64,000 bases of DNA from an uncultured delta proteobacterium (GTDB taxonomy: Bacteria; Myxococcota_A; Polyangia; Polyangiales; Polyangiaceae): the NCBI GenBank assembly GCA_963841435.1, contig CAWJCS010000001.1, positions 256,001-320,000 on the forward strand, given 5' to 3'. Every line of letters begins with the position of its first letter. The stretch's first letter is position 1. The position numbers were made by a program, and so were the translations under genes. The notes below the pieces were generated by a model. The model searched no databases, was not told the origin of the DNA, and worked only from the letters and a program-made list of their open reading frames with translations. Positions 50,275 through 59,266 of this stretch are shown piece after piece.

Positions 50275-51600
50275 TTACGGCGATCGCGCCGGTTCGATCG
50301 CCACGGCCATGTGCGTCAAGCGCCCCGAATAGGGAACGCTCCAGGTCGGTGTGTAGTTGCCGGGGCCCGGCGAGTACGCGGACGAGCCGGCGGCGTATAG
50401 CCCGAACCCTCGGGTCGCGGGACCGCCGGCTGACGCCACCACCGGCGTGCTGAGCGTCTCGGTCATGCTCAAGCCGCTGGAGGGGCTGATCGACCACGTC
50501 GGACATCCCGCGGTCGTGACGTTCTTCGGGCAGCTCATGTTCGTCATGTAGTCCACCGTGATGAAACTGAGGATGCGCGAGCCAGTCGTCGCGACCCGAA
50601 CTGTTGAACCAGCGACACTGGGGTCGGGTGGGTCCGGGGACGATGTTGTGCCGAGATACGACCCTGCATAGCCGCCGATGGGCGCGGTGGGCTGTACCCC
50701 GTTCAACTGGAGGACCTGAGCGATGATTGCTTGCGGCGCGGGGGCCGTGCTGCCGTCGATGATCACGGCTTGCTCACCCGAGAGCCCGCTGAGGTCCGGT
50801 TCCGTGAGGTAGTAGGCAAACAGAGACGGCGACCACCAGTCTTCGACGCCGGGCTGCTCCGGGCCCGCCGTCAGGGTGGCGCCTCCGTAGGTCACGCGGT
50901 CCGGCCGTGCGCCGGCAATCCCGTTGTTTCCGCTTTGCGATTCGACGATTACCACGACGGCTCGATCACTGCCCGCCTGCAGAGCATGCATCAGACTCAG
51001 CGTGTCCCCCGCGACGCTCCCCTCCGCCGTGTTCACCAGCGTGATCTGCGCCTGACACTGGTACACGTCCGCCGTCCCCACGCAGTATGGCGTGCCACCC
51101 GCGCACGCGTTCTTGCAGCGACCGCAGGTCTCGGTCGCGGTGAGGTCTGCCTCGCAGCCGTTGTCGGGGTTGCCGTCGCAGTCGGCGTGAAGGGCGTCGT
51201 CGCACTGGGTCGTCGTTCCGGTGCCGCCCTCCGCCGGAACGCCGGCGTCACCGAGGACACCTGCGTTGCCCCCGCGCCCCGCCGTTCCGCCAGCCCCACC
51301 CTTGCCCGCTGTCCCTCCCGTCTGGCTGCCGCTCGTTCCCGAACCGCCCCCGCCCCCGCTCCCGGTGGTGCCACCGCGGCCGCCGCTCACGCCGGAGCCG
51401 CTGGTTCCACCGCCGCCGAGCATGCCCGCCTCGCCACCCGGCTCGTTGTTGCCGCCAGCGCCACCGCGACCCCCAAGCCCACCTGCGCCCGCGCTCGGTC
51501 GCCGTTCGAGCGGATAGTCCTTCGGGCTGATGAGGCAGCCCACGAAGCACAGCGCGGGCACTGCCGCGACGAGCAATTTGTTCACCATGCCCCCCGCCAT
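50275..51600 (-). CDS. Lipoprotein with Gly-rich linker and Cys-rich module
   Basis: LCFVGC lipobox; DCDGNPDNGCE...CGRC...C; overlaps the upstream gene end. Confidence 0.75.
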   Translation of the reverse strand: MAGGMVNKLLVAAVPALCFVGCLISPKDYPLERRPSAGAGGLGGRGGAGGNNEPGGEAGMLGGGGTSGSGVSGGRGGTTGSGGGGGSGTSGSQTGGTAGKGGAGGTAGRGGNAGVLGDAGVPAEGGTGTTTQCDDALHADCDGNPDNGCEADLTATETCGRCKNACAGGTPYCVGTADVYQCQAQITLVNTAEGSVAGDTLSLMHALQAGSDRAVVVIVESQSGNNGIAGARPDRVTYGGATLTAGPEQPGVEDWWSPSLFAYYLTEPDLSGLSGEQAVIIDGSTAPAPQAIIAQVLQLNGVQPTAPIGGYAGSYLGTTSSPDPPDPSVAGSTVRVATTGSRILSFITVDYMTNMSCPKNVTTAGCPTWSISPSSGLSMTETLSTPVVASAGGPATRGFGLYAAGSSAYSPGPGNYTPTWSVPYSGRLTHMAVAIEPARSP

Positions 51601-52650
51601 CCCATCAGGAACCCTGCGGGACCGTGGTTGCTCGCCTGTGCGGACGGCGCCGGCGCGTCAGCAGTGAAGTAAAGAAAGGTTCCCCCTGCCACGCCGACGA
51701 GACCGACCGCGAAGCCAACCGTGCTGATCGTCGCAAAGGTGTGGGCGGACTTGTTCGCGTCGAAGCCGGTCTGGTTGCACACCCTGCGATCGTCGAAGCA
51801 ATTCCTGTTACCGATTGCTTCCTTGTTCAGGCCGAGGATGCCGGTCACCGTTCCCACGACGAGTCCCGCGGCGCCGACCCCACCAACGACCAGCGCCAGG
51901 GTGCGTTGCTCGACCCCGAGCAACCGCTTCTCGCGGTCCGTCCGCGCGGGTGCCGGGGCCACGGGCTGCACCGGCGCCGCGTCGGGGCGCTTTCCGCTCG
52001 CGGGTGGGAGCCCGAGCGGCACTGTCAGCTCGACCGTCTTGCCCTCGACGAGCTCGACGACCGTCGTTTCGTCGGGACGGCCCGGCGACGTAACGACCGC
52101 CTCACGGCTTCCGGGGTCCAGCGGGATGGCGCTACCGAAGCTCGGGCTCGTGAAGCTCAGGTCGCCCACGCGGACGCGCGTCTTCAGCGAAGCGCCGGAG
52201 CGCAAGTGGAGGCGCAGGTACGGAAGCCGCGCGGCGAGCTCGTCGATGCGTTGCTTCGCGACGGGGATGCGCGTGTCGCCCGGGTCGAGCTTTCGTAACG
52301 ATTCGTGAAACAACTGCCAGGCCGTCGCGACGCGACCGCGCTGCTCCTCACAGTTCGCGAGGTTGAGCACCGTTCCGACGGCGGGGTCGAGGCGCTGGCT
52401 CTCACGGAATTTCGCGCACGCGGTGTCGAAATCCTGCTGGGCCATGGCCGCGCGCCCCTCGTCGAAGAGTGCCTCCGCCGCTGGCGCGCCGGACTGCGCC
52501 GAGGCACTCCGCGTCATCATGAGCACCACGCACGCGGTCGCTACGGCGACGCCACGCACCGAGATGCCTTGTGGTATCCGGAGCGCGGACCCCGTACTTG
52601 AAGGGGTAGCGGCCTGACGCGATAGTCGCGTGGTGACGGAGCGTGCGACT

Positions 52651-54450
52651 TCAGCTCGGCGGCGGCTGCTCGGTCGTGTCCAGAGGCGAGGACGGGACGG
52701 TGACGTGGCCAAGCTCGGCGGCGAGCTCGGTCTGGTCGAGTCGCTCGCGCGTTCGCGCCCAGTAGGCGGGAGCGAGCTCGAGGTAACGGTCGCGAGGCCA
52801 GTAGGGCATGACGCGGATCACCTCGGCGAGGTAGCACTCGGGGTCGAGGTCGTGGAGCTTGCAGCTAGCGATGAGGGAGTAGAGGTTGGCGGCGGCCTCG
52901 GCGTGGTCGTCGGAGCCGAAGAAGAGCCAGGCTTTTCTGCCGGTGGCGACGATTCGGAGGGCATTTTCGCTCGGGTTGTTGTCCATGCGCAGCCTGCCGT
53001 CGTCGAGGAAGCGGCGCAGGGCAAGCTCTTGGCGCATGGCGTAGCCGAGGGCCTTGTTGACGAGCCCGCGTTGTTGGCTCGTCAGGTCGTCTTGGGCGCG
53101 CACGCAGGCGAAGAACTCGTTGACGAAGGGCCTGAGGATGGTCTGCCGCTTCTGGAGTCGAGCGGCGGGAGGCAAGTCGTTCCACGCCTGATCGAGCTCG
53201 TAGAGCCTTCTGATCCGCAGCAGACCTTCGCGACCGACGGCGAAGCCGGAGACTGCGGCTTCCCAGAAGCGCCGGCGGCAGTGACTCCAGCAGGCGACCT
53301 CGGTGGGCGCGTCGCTCGCGTCATCGACGGCATCGCCACGGAACAGGGCGTCGTAGATGGCGTGAGCGTCGGCTTGGATGTAGCCGGAGAAGCCGCGGAA
53401 CATGTCGCAGACGGCGGCGCTGGTGTGCTTGGGCTGGTACTCGAAGAAGACGTGCTTCCGGTCGGCCAAAACGACGAAGAAGTGGCCCTTTTTGCAGGGT
53501 TGCCGCCTTCCGTCTGGAAGTGGCTCCGGGCGGATCGCGACTCCGGTGGCATCGGTCGAAAGGCAGAAGGCGTGTTTGCGGGCGTCGTCGGCGCAAGCGA
53601 GCACGATGGGGCCGAGCGAGGCGCCCACGTCCTCGACCGAGCGGGCCATGGTGCCGCGATCGAGCTCGATGCCGTCGGCTGTGAGCTGCTCTTCCTGCCG
53701 GAAGTAGGGCAAGCCGAAGCGAAACTTCTGCACGATGATGCGAGCGAGCATGCTCGGAGCGCAGAGGCCGCGGCGCACGAGCAGGCGCGGCAGCGGCGCC
53801 GTGAGGATGGTGAAGCGCGCGCCGTCCTGCTCGAGCACGGTGGCGTCCTCGGGCAGAGCGGCGGGAGAATTGGGGTCGGTGGCGGTCCTGTACTTGGCCC
53901 GCGCGATGACGACGCGGACGGCCTCGGGCCGTTGGTAGCCGAGCTTGTAGCTCGTTTCCCAGCCGATGAAGGTGCCCTTGCTTGCGAGCTCGGCATCGCG
54001 GATCTCGATGCGGCGCTCGGGCAGGTGGTCGGCGTCCGCCAGATTTCTGCGACCTCTGGGCTTGGTTTTGGCCCTTGCCGGTGGTTTACCAGCGGGCCGA
54101 GCACCGGGGCCATCGCCGGCCGCGCCTGACTCGGCCTCTGCGTCGAGCTTCCGAGCAAGCTCGTCAAGCTTCTGCTTGGTGCTCGCGAATTCGAGCTCGA
54201 GCTGGGTCGCGTTGACGCGCTCGGCCTTGGCGATGAAGATGCGCCGGCGGAGCAGCTCGAACTGCTCCATGAGCTGCCGGTAAGCGCGGCGGAGGTTGTC
54301 GCGCTCGCTGATGACACCGGCGAGCCGATCGCTGGTTAACGCGAGCTGGTCGCTGGTTGACGCGAGCTCGCGCTGCATGTGAGCGACGAGAGCTTCGAGC
54401 GCTTGAACACGCGACGACGATTCTGCTTCAGCGACGCTCACGGCAGGCAT
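52651..54450 (-). CDS. tnpC: IS66 transposase TnpC
   Basis: LPYFRQE, STDATG, QADA, CWSHCRRRF, DNNPSENALR, SLIASCKLH. Confidence 0.95.
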   Translation of the reverse strand: MPAVSVAEAESSSRVQALEALVAHMQRELASTSDQLALTSDRLAGVISERDNLRRAYRQLMEQFELLRRRIFIAKAERVNATQLELEFASTKQKLDELARKLDAEAESGAAGDGPGARPAGKPPARAKTKPRGRRNLADADHLPERRIEIRDAELASKGTFIGWETSYKLGYQRPEAVRVVIARAKYRTATDPNSPAALPEDATVLEQDGARFTILTAPLPRLLVRRGLCAPSMLARIIVQKFRFGLPYFRQEEQLTADGIELDRGTMARSVEDVGASLGPIVLACADDARKHAFCLSTDATGVAIRPEPLPDGRRQPCKKGHFFVVLADRKHVFFEYQPKHTSAAVCDMFRGFSGYIQADAHAIYDALFRGDAVDDASDAPTEVACWSHCRRRFWEAAVSGFAVGREGLLRIRRLYELDQAWNDLPPAARLQKRQTILRPFVNEFFACVRAQDDLTSQQRGLVNKALGYAMRQELALRRFLDDGRLRMDNNPSENALRIVATGRKAWLFFGSDDHAEAAANLYSLIASCKLHDLDPECYLAEVIRVMPYWPRDRYLELAPAYWARTRERLDQTELAAELGHVTVPSSPLDTTEQPPPS

Positions 54451-54529
54451 GGCTCTACCTGAAGCGAGTCGAATTTGTCGAGCACAAACGCCACTTCGAG
54501 CGTCGCCCGAGGGCGTGACCGCCGCGAGG

Positions 54530-54886
54530 TCAGTGAACGCGAACGCGCGATCGCGGCGCAGGCCTCGACGCTCGAGCGAGGTTGACTCCGTCGAGCAACG
54601 CGTCGAGCAGGCTTTCGTCGAGCTCGACGTGGCGCGCCCCCGGCGTGCCCGCCTCCGGCACGCGAAACACCCCACGATCCAAGCGCTTGTAAAAGAGACA
54701 CATTCCTGAGCCGTCGAAGAACAGCACCTTCACCGCGGTCTTTCGCTTTCCGAAGTAGATGAAGAGCGCCCCGCTCCGTGCGTCGTAGCCGATGCGCTCG
54801 AGCGCCGCCCCGGCGAGTCTGTCGAACGACCAGCGCATGTCAACCGGCTCGAGCGCCACGAAAATCTGAACGCCGCTCGGGATCAT
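54530..54886 (-). CDS. tnpB: IS66 accessory protein TnpB
   Basis: PVDMRWSFDRL...LFIYF...KVLFFDGSG..L.YKRLD.G.F. Confidence 0.93.
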   Translation of the reverse strand: MIPSGVQIFVALEPVDMRWSFDRLAGAALERIGYDARSGALFIYFGKRKTAVKVLFFDGSGMCLFYKRLDRGVFRVPEAGTPGARHVELDESLLDALLDGVNLARASRPAPRSRVRVH

Positions 54887-55233
54887 CGCGCCCCCCGCAG
54901 AGCCTGAACGACGTCTCGCAGCAGCGCCGCGTCGAATCCGCGGCGCACCGCGATGCGTGCCCCTGCGACCTCGAGCACCATGTCCTCGGCGACTGCTCCT
55001 CGCCCCGGGCGCCGAACGACCTCCGTCAACTCGATGCCGGCCGCCGGGTGCCGACTCGCCCCCGCGACTCGTCGTTTCCGACCCCCGCCGCCCGACCGCC
55101 GCAGTCGCGATGCCGCCCACTGCAACGTCGAGCCTGCGTATGGCTTGTCCGCCGCGAACTCAGGAGCGGTCTTCCCGCTCCCCCGCCATGCCTCGACCCG
55201 CTCCGCCCAAACGGCTTGTGTCTCCGCTTTCAT
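54883..55233 (-). CDS. tnpA: IS66 TnpA-like HTH protein
   Basis: WAERVEAWRGSG...FA...TLQW...I.V..GFD..LL..VV.AL; first ORF in the element. Confidence 0.85.
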   Translation of the reverse strand: MKAETQAVWAERVEAWRGSGKTAPEFAADKPYAGSTLQWAASRLRRSGGGGRKRRVAGASRHPAAGIELTEVVRRPGRGAVAEDMVLEVAGARIAVRRGFDAALLRDVVQALRGAR

Positions 55234-55325
55234 TCGCGCGAGCCTGCACGCTCGTCACGAACTCGTGAAGTACGGGGTCTGCGCTCCGGATACGCCTTGT
55301 GGACGGGTCCGTAACAGTGAGGAGG

Positions 55326-56771
55326 TCATCGGCGTGATGCGAAAGGATCAGCCGGCAGGGCCACAGCCGGAAGACTCTTTCTCGCAGGGTTCGGCGGCGC
55401 GGAAACCGGAGCGGACACACAGGCGGCGGGGGCCGGGACTCGCACCGAATGAGCAGGGGCAGGTGAGGCCTCCGCGGGGAGCTCGTCCAGCGTCACGGCG
55501 GGAGGCTCGGAGTGTTCTCCCCCTTCCATCGAGGGTTCAGGGGATGGCTTCGCCGGGGCGCTCTCGGCTTCCACCGCGACGGGAGTCCCGGCATCGACGT
55601 GCTCGGGAGCGGGCGCATCGTTCTGCAAAGCCATCCAGGTTCCGACCGCGGCGGCGAGCAACACCACGCCACCACCCAGCGCGTAAGTCGTCACCGTTCG
55701 GCTCCCGAACGCGCGTGCACCGCTATGCGCCACACCCCGCCCGGTGGTGAGATTCGGCCCCTTCGGCAAAGGCGCCGACGCGGCCGGGATCTCCGAGTCG
55801 ATTCGAGGAGGCGCGACACCCTTCTGATCCTCGAACGTATCAACCGTGATCGGCCGCGCAAGAGCCTCCTCGACCGACTCCGAGCTCGTCTGAAGGCCTG
55901 CATACGCCCGCCGGAGCGCTGTCTGCATCGTCGTCGCACTCGACCAGCGTTCGGCCTTGTCATACGCGAGCGCCCGATCGACGAGCTCCACGATGGGGAA
56001 GGGAAGGTCCGGCCTGAGGTCGGCCACGGACCGCGCCCTCGCCGTCACCGCCTGCACGAGCGCCTCGTTCGTCGTCTCCGCCTCGTGCACGTAACGCCCC
56101 GTGAGCAGCGTGAACATCGTCGCGCCGAGCGCCCACACATCACTCCGTCCGTCAACCTCTTCCCACCGCCCGCGCGCCTGCTCCGGCGGCATGAACGCCG
56201 GGGTGCCCATCGTGCTCCCCGTCTGGGTCTTCGAGGCGGTCGAGCCAAGCTCCCGGAGCCGGGCGATGCCGAAATCGAGCACCTTCACGACGCCCGAGCG
56301 CGTGAGGAACAGGTTCTCGGGTTTCAGATCGCGGTGGACGATGCCCTTGTCGTGCGCCGCGCTCAGCGTCCCGAGCACTTGATCGACGAGTGAGAGGACT
56401 TCGTCGGGCGGCAGCTGCTTCTGTTTACGCTCCCAGCGTGCCTCGAGCGTTTCGCCCTCGAGCAGCTCCATCACGAGGAAAGCGCAGCCGTCCTCGGCCA
56501 CGTCGTCGTCGTCCACCGCGACGGCCCCGGGGTGCCCCACGGAGTTCGCGGCGTACCCCTCGCGCAGGAAGCGCTCCCGCACGGAAGTGTTCATGGAGAG
56601 CTCGGAATGGAGCACCTTGACCGCCGCGCGCTTCCGGTTTCGGTGCGTCGCCGCATAGACCGCCGCCATGCCGCCCACGCCGAGCAGGCGGTCGAGCATC
56701 CATTTCCCCTTCAGGGTCTGTCCCACCCGGCCTTCCGCCCGCCGTGCGATGTCCGCGAAGCCGTCGGTCAC
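55326..56771 (-). CDS. Hanks-type Ser/Thr protein kinase, membrane anchored
   Basis: GVGGMAAVY, AVK, HRDLKPEN, DFG, GTPAFMPPEQ, one TM segment. Confidence 0.96.
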   Translation of the reverse strand: MTDGFADIARRAEGRVGQTLKGKWMLDRLLGVGGMAAVYAATHRNRKRAAVKVLHSELSMNTSVRERFLREGYAANSVGHPGAVAVDDDDVAEDGCAFLVMELLEGETLEARWERKQKQLPPDEVLSLVDQVLGTLSAAHDKGIVHRDLKPENLFLTRSGVVKVLDFGIARLRELGSTASKTQTGSTMGTPAFMPPEQARGRWEEVDGRSDVWALGATMFTLLTGRYVHEAETTNEALVQAVTARARSVADLRPDLPFPIVELVDRALAYDKAERWSSATTMQTALRRAYAGLQTSSESVEEALARPITVDTFEDQKGVAPPRIDSEIPAASAPLPKGPNLTTGRGVAHSGARAFGSRTVTTYALGGGVVLLAAAVGTWMALQNDAPAPEHVDAGTPVAVEAESAPAKPSPEPSMEGGEHSEPPAVTLDELPAEASPAPAHSVRVPAPAACVSAPVSAPPNPARKSLPAVALPADPFASRR

Positions 56772-57001
56772 GTTGCCCCCTCAGCCGCCGGGGCGAGAAC
56801 TGACGCCGGTTGACGCGCGACCGTGGTCAGGTCGCTCGGTTCGAAGGGCGGGCGCTCGCATTGGGGCCCGATGGTAAACCCGTGTCCAGCGGGGCGCTAG
56901 ACCCCTCAGGGATAAGGTGGCGAGTGGGTGTTTGTCGTCTGGGTTGCGGGCGGGGTAGGGGTTATTGGGAGCTCGAACCAAGGCGGAGATGGAGGAGTGA
57001 G

Positions 57002-57758
57002 ATGAGGGTCGTTTCCTGGAACATGAACCACTGCATGCGATCTCCTCAGAGTCGCGCGGGCGCGTGGGCTTACTTGCGGGAGGAGCTCCGGGCGGATATC
57101 GCCCTTGTGCAGGAGGCGGTGCCACCCGAAGAGTTGCCTGCCGTCTACAAGCCGATCGACGGCACTCTGCCCAATACAATTGGGGCTCCGGCGTCGTCGC
57201 CCTGTCGCCGAGGTTCACCCTACGGCCGTGGCTCAGGGCGAGACCTGTTTCATCGCGGCAAGCGTCTACGGAAAGTGGGACTACCTGCCGAACGAGCAGA
57301 TCTACGCTCTCTCCACCGTTCACAGAATACTCTCTGATTTGACGCCTCTCCTAGTGGGCCCCGGAAAGAGGCAGCATGCGACCCCGGTGCTGGTTGCCGG
57401 CGATCTCAATGCGACGACCCAGGTCGCCGCGGGGAACCAGTGGAGGTGCGAGGGTGAGGAGGCGGATGTTCTCTTCGGCCGTTTTCGAGCGCTGGGGTTG
57501 CGCGACGTGATCGCCCACACTGCACGAAGCCGTCCGCGTCTCGACCCCTGCAGCTGTCCCGAGGCAACCACTTGCTCGCACGCGCGGACCTACCGGAACG
57601 CGAACCGAGCGGATAGCCGACCGACGCAGCTCGACTACGTGTTCGTGTCAGATGCGCTGCTTCCGACGGTGACGGCGTGCACCGTTCATGACGTTGAGGG
57701 CGCCTGGCAGCTCTCGGATCACTGTCCCGTCGTCGTGGACCTGAGCGAGCGTGCGTAG
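57002..57758 (+). pseudogene. Endonuclease/exonuclease/phosphatase (EEP) family protein with two frame breaks (near 57165 and 57225)
   Basis: MRVVSWN, LVQE; YNWGSGV in a second frame; AGDLN, LDYVF, SDHCPV in a third. Confidence 0.8.
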
Positions 57759-57904
57759 AGTCCCTGGCTCGGCGCGGCGGACCTACTCACGACGGAAGCC
57801 GCGGCGGCGCTCGGCCCGGCGTTACTCCAGAAGGACCTTGATCTTCAGGGCCGTCGACTTCAGTTCCGCAGAGTCGAGGCCTTTCCCGGGATTGGATCGC
57901 GAGT

Positions 57905-59266
57905 TCAGCGAAGGAGACTCGCTTCCGTACGGACTCGGTGACTCGACCCGCTCTGGCCGCGACCGGCTTCCTCAGCCTCGCGCCCGAAAACCAGACGCCG
58001 AGCGAGCTGCTCCTGCTGTCTCCCATGGTGTGCGCCGTCGCGGACAAGGTCGAGTAGTTCCTCAACAATCACGGGCCGCAGCGCCACGTAGGCCCTGATC
58101 GCGCTGGACGCGGGCTCGCGGATTTCGAGGATGCTTTCGCGCGCCGCGCTCGCCTCCGTTGGGTACAGGATCGCGGCGGTGGCACCCTGCGGCTGACTCA
58201 TCGCATACACGGCGAGCTGGTAGAGCATTTCGCGCGGCAGATCGTTTTCCCAGATGTCACGGTACTTGGCGTCCAGAAGGTGACGAGGACCGCGGCGGTG
58301 GCGAACCGCGAAGTCCGGACGGGGCAAGGGAGAACGGCGCTTCCGAGGGTTGAAACCGTCGCGATAGGCCATCATGCCCCGAAGCGGCACCTCATCCTCC
58401 ACGTCGCAGTCGGGCAGCGATTCGCGGAGGAAGCGGCCGAGAAGCGCCTGGAAGAAGCGGTTCATGTCGAATAGGAATCCCTTGAGCCCGAGGGTCGTGC
58501 CGTCTTCGAGACCCAGTCGGCTACCGTCGTACAGCGCCCTGACAAGGCGCAGCGCCGGTTCGTACACCGACACTTGTCGATTCAGCGCTCGGTTCGCAGC
58601 ACGAAGCGTTTCGTCGCTGAGACGTACGGGCGTTGCGAGGTCCGCGTACAGCTGAACGGTCCGCCCGACTTCTCGTTTGAGCTCCCGTGAACATGCGAGG
58701 CGGCTGCCGAGCTGAAGTCCGGAAAGCAGCACCTGGTTGAGCAGAAAATCACTCGAGCGCGGGTGGTGGGTACAGGGCAACGTGACCAGGGACGGATTCG
58801 ACGCGCGCGCCAGGCGTTCAACGTCGACGCGCCCTCGCGGGCTGTGGAGATCGTCGCTGCGGCGAACATACCGCCGGGCGACGCCCCTGCTGATGATCTC
58901 CCGGGCCTCTGCGCGCAGCTGGGCAATGATCAGGTCCTGGAACCCGCCGTGACCCGATGTAAACGTCGCGTCGCCGAACAACTGGAAATTTCTCAACGAG
59001 TACGCATACCGGACGAGTTCGAGCAGCATCAGCGGAGCGAGCTTGGGGCGGATGGTGACCCGCAGCTCACCGATTTCGATGCGGCCCACATGCGCGAAAG
59101 ACCGAACGGCGAGCCCATCCTCGCGGGGCGTGATCTCGAGCGCCCGGCAGCGTTCCAGGCCCTTCGCCACGTCCCGGGAATGGGCGTCTGGAAGTCGCAG
59201 TCCCCGGAGGCGTTTGTCGTTCTCAGGTGCAGCCCAACTCCACTCGGAGAGATCGACGTCGATCAA
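57905..59266 (-). CDS. mcrC: McrC family restriction subunit
   Basis: VGRI...IRPK, RGR, LNQ, FLFDMNRFFQ, RPDF...LDAKYR...YQLAVYA; directly downstream of McrB. Confidence 0.9.
   Translation of the reverse strand: MIDVDLSEWSWAAPENDKRLRGLRLPDAHSRDVAKGLERCRALEITPREDGLAVRSFAHVGRIEIGELRVTIRPKLAPLMLLELVRYAYSLRNFQLFGDATFTSGHGGFQDLIIAQLRAEAREIISRGVARRYVRRSDDLHSPRGRVDVERLARASNPSLVTLPCTHHPRSSDFLLNQVLLSGLQLGSRLACSRELKREVGRTVQLYADLATPVRLSDETLRAANRALNRQVSVYEPALRLVRALYDGSRLGLEDGTTLGLKGFLFDMNRFFQALLGRFLRESLPDCDVEDEVPLRGMMAYRDGFNPRKRRSPLPRPDFAVRHRRGPRHLLDAKYRDIWENDLPREMLYQLAVYAMSQPQGATAAILYPTEASAARESILEIREPASSAIRAYVALRPVIVEELLDLVRDGAHHGRQQEQLARRLVFGREAEEAGRGQSGSSHRVRTEASLLR

Larger units (their letters stand above)
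52574..55293 (-). mobile_element. IS66 family insertion sequence (2720 bp)
   Basis: TIRs gtatccggagcgc(g/a)gaccc(c)gtactt; 8-bp TSD gccttgtg at 52566-52573 and 55294-55301. Confidence 0.95.
51582..55329 (-). pseudogene. TPR/PEGA-like exported protein interrupted near its 5' end by IS66
   Basis: Removing IS66 and one TSD gives MTSSLLRTRPQGISVRGVAVATAC...AEALFDEGR...AC.KF.ES..LDP..GT.LNLA.C; ATG 55329 overlaps the kinase stop. Confidence 0.85.
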
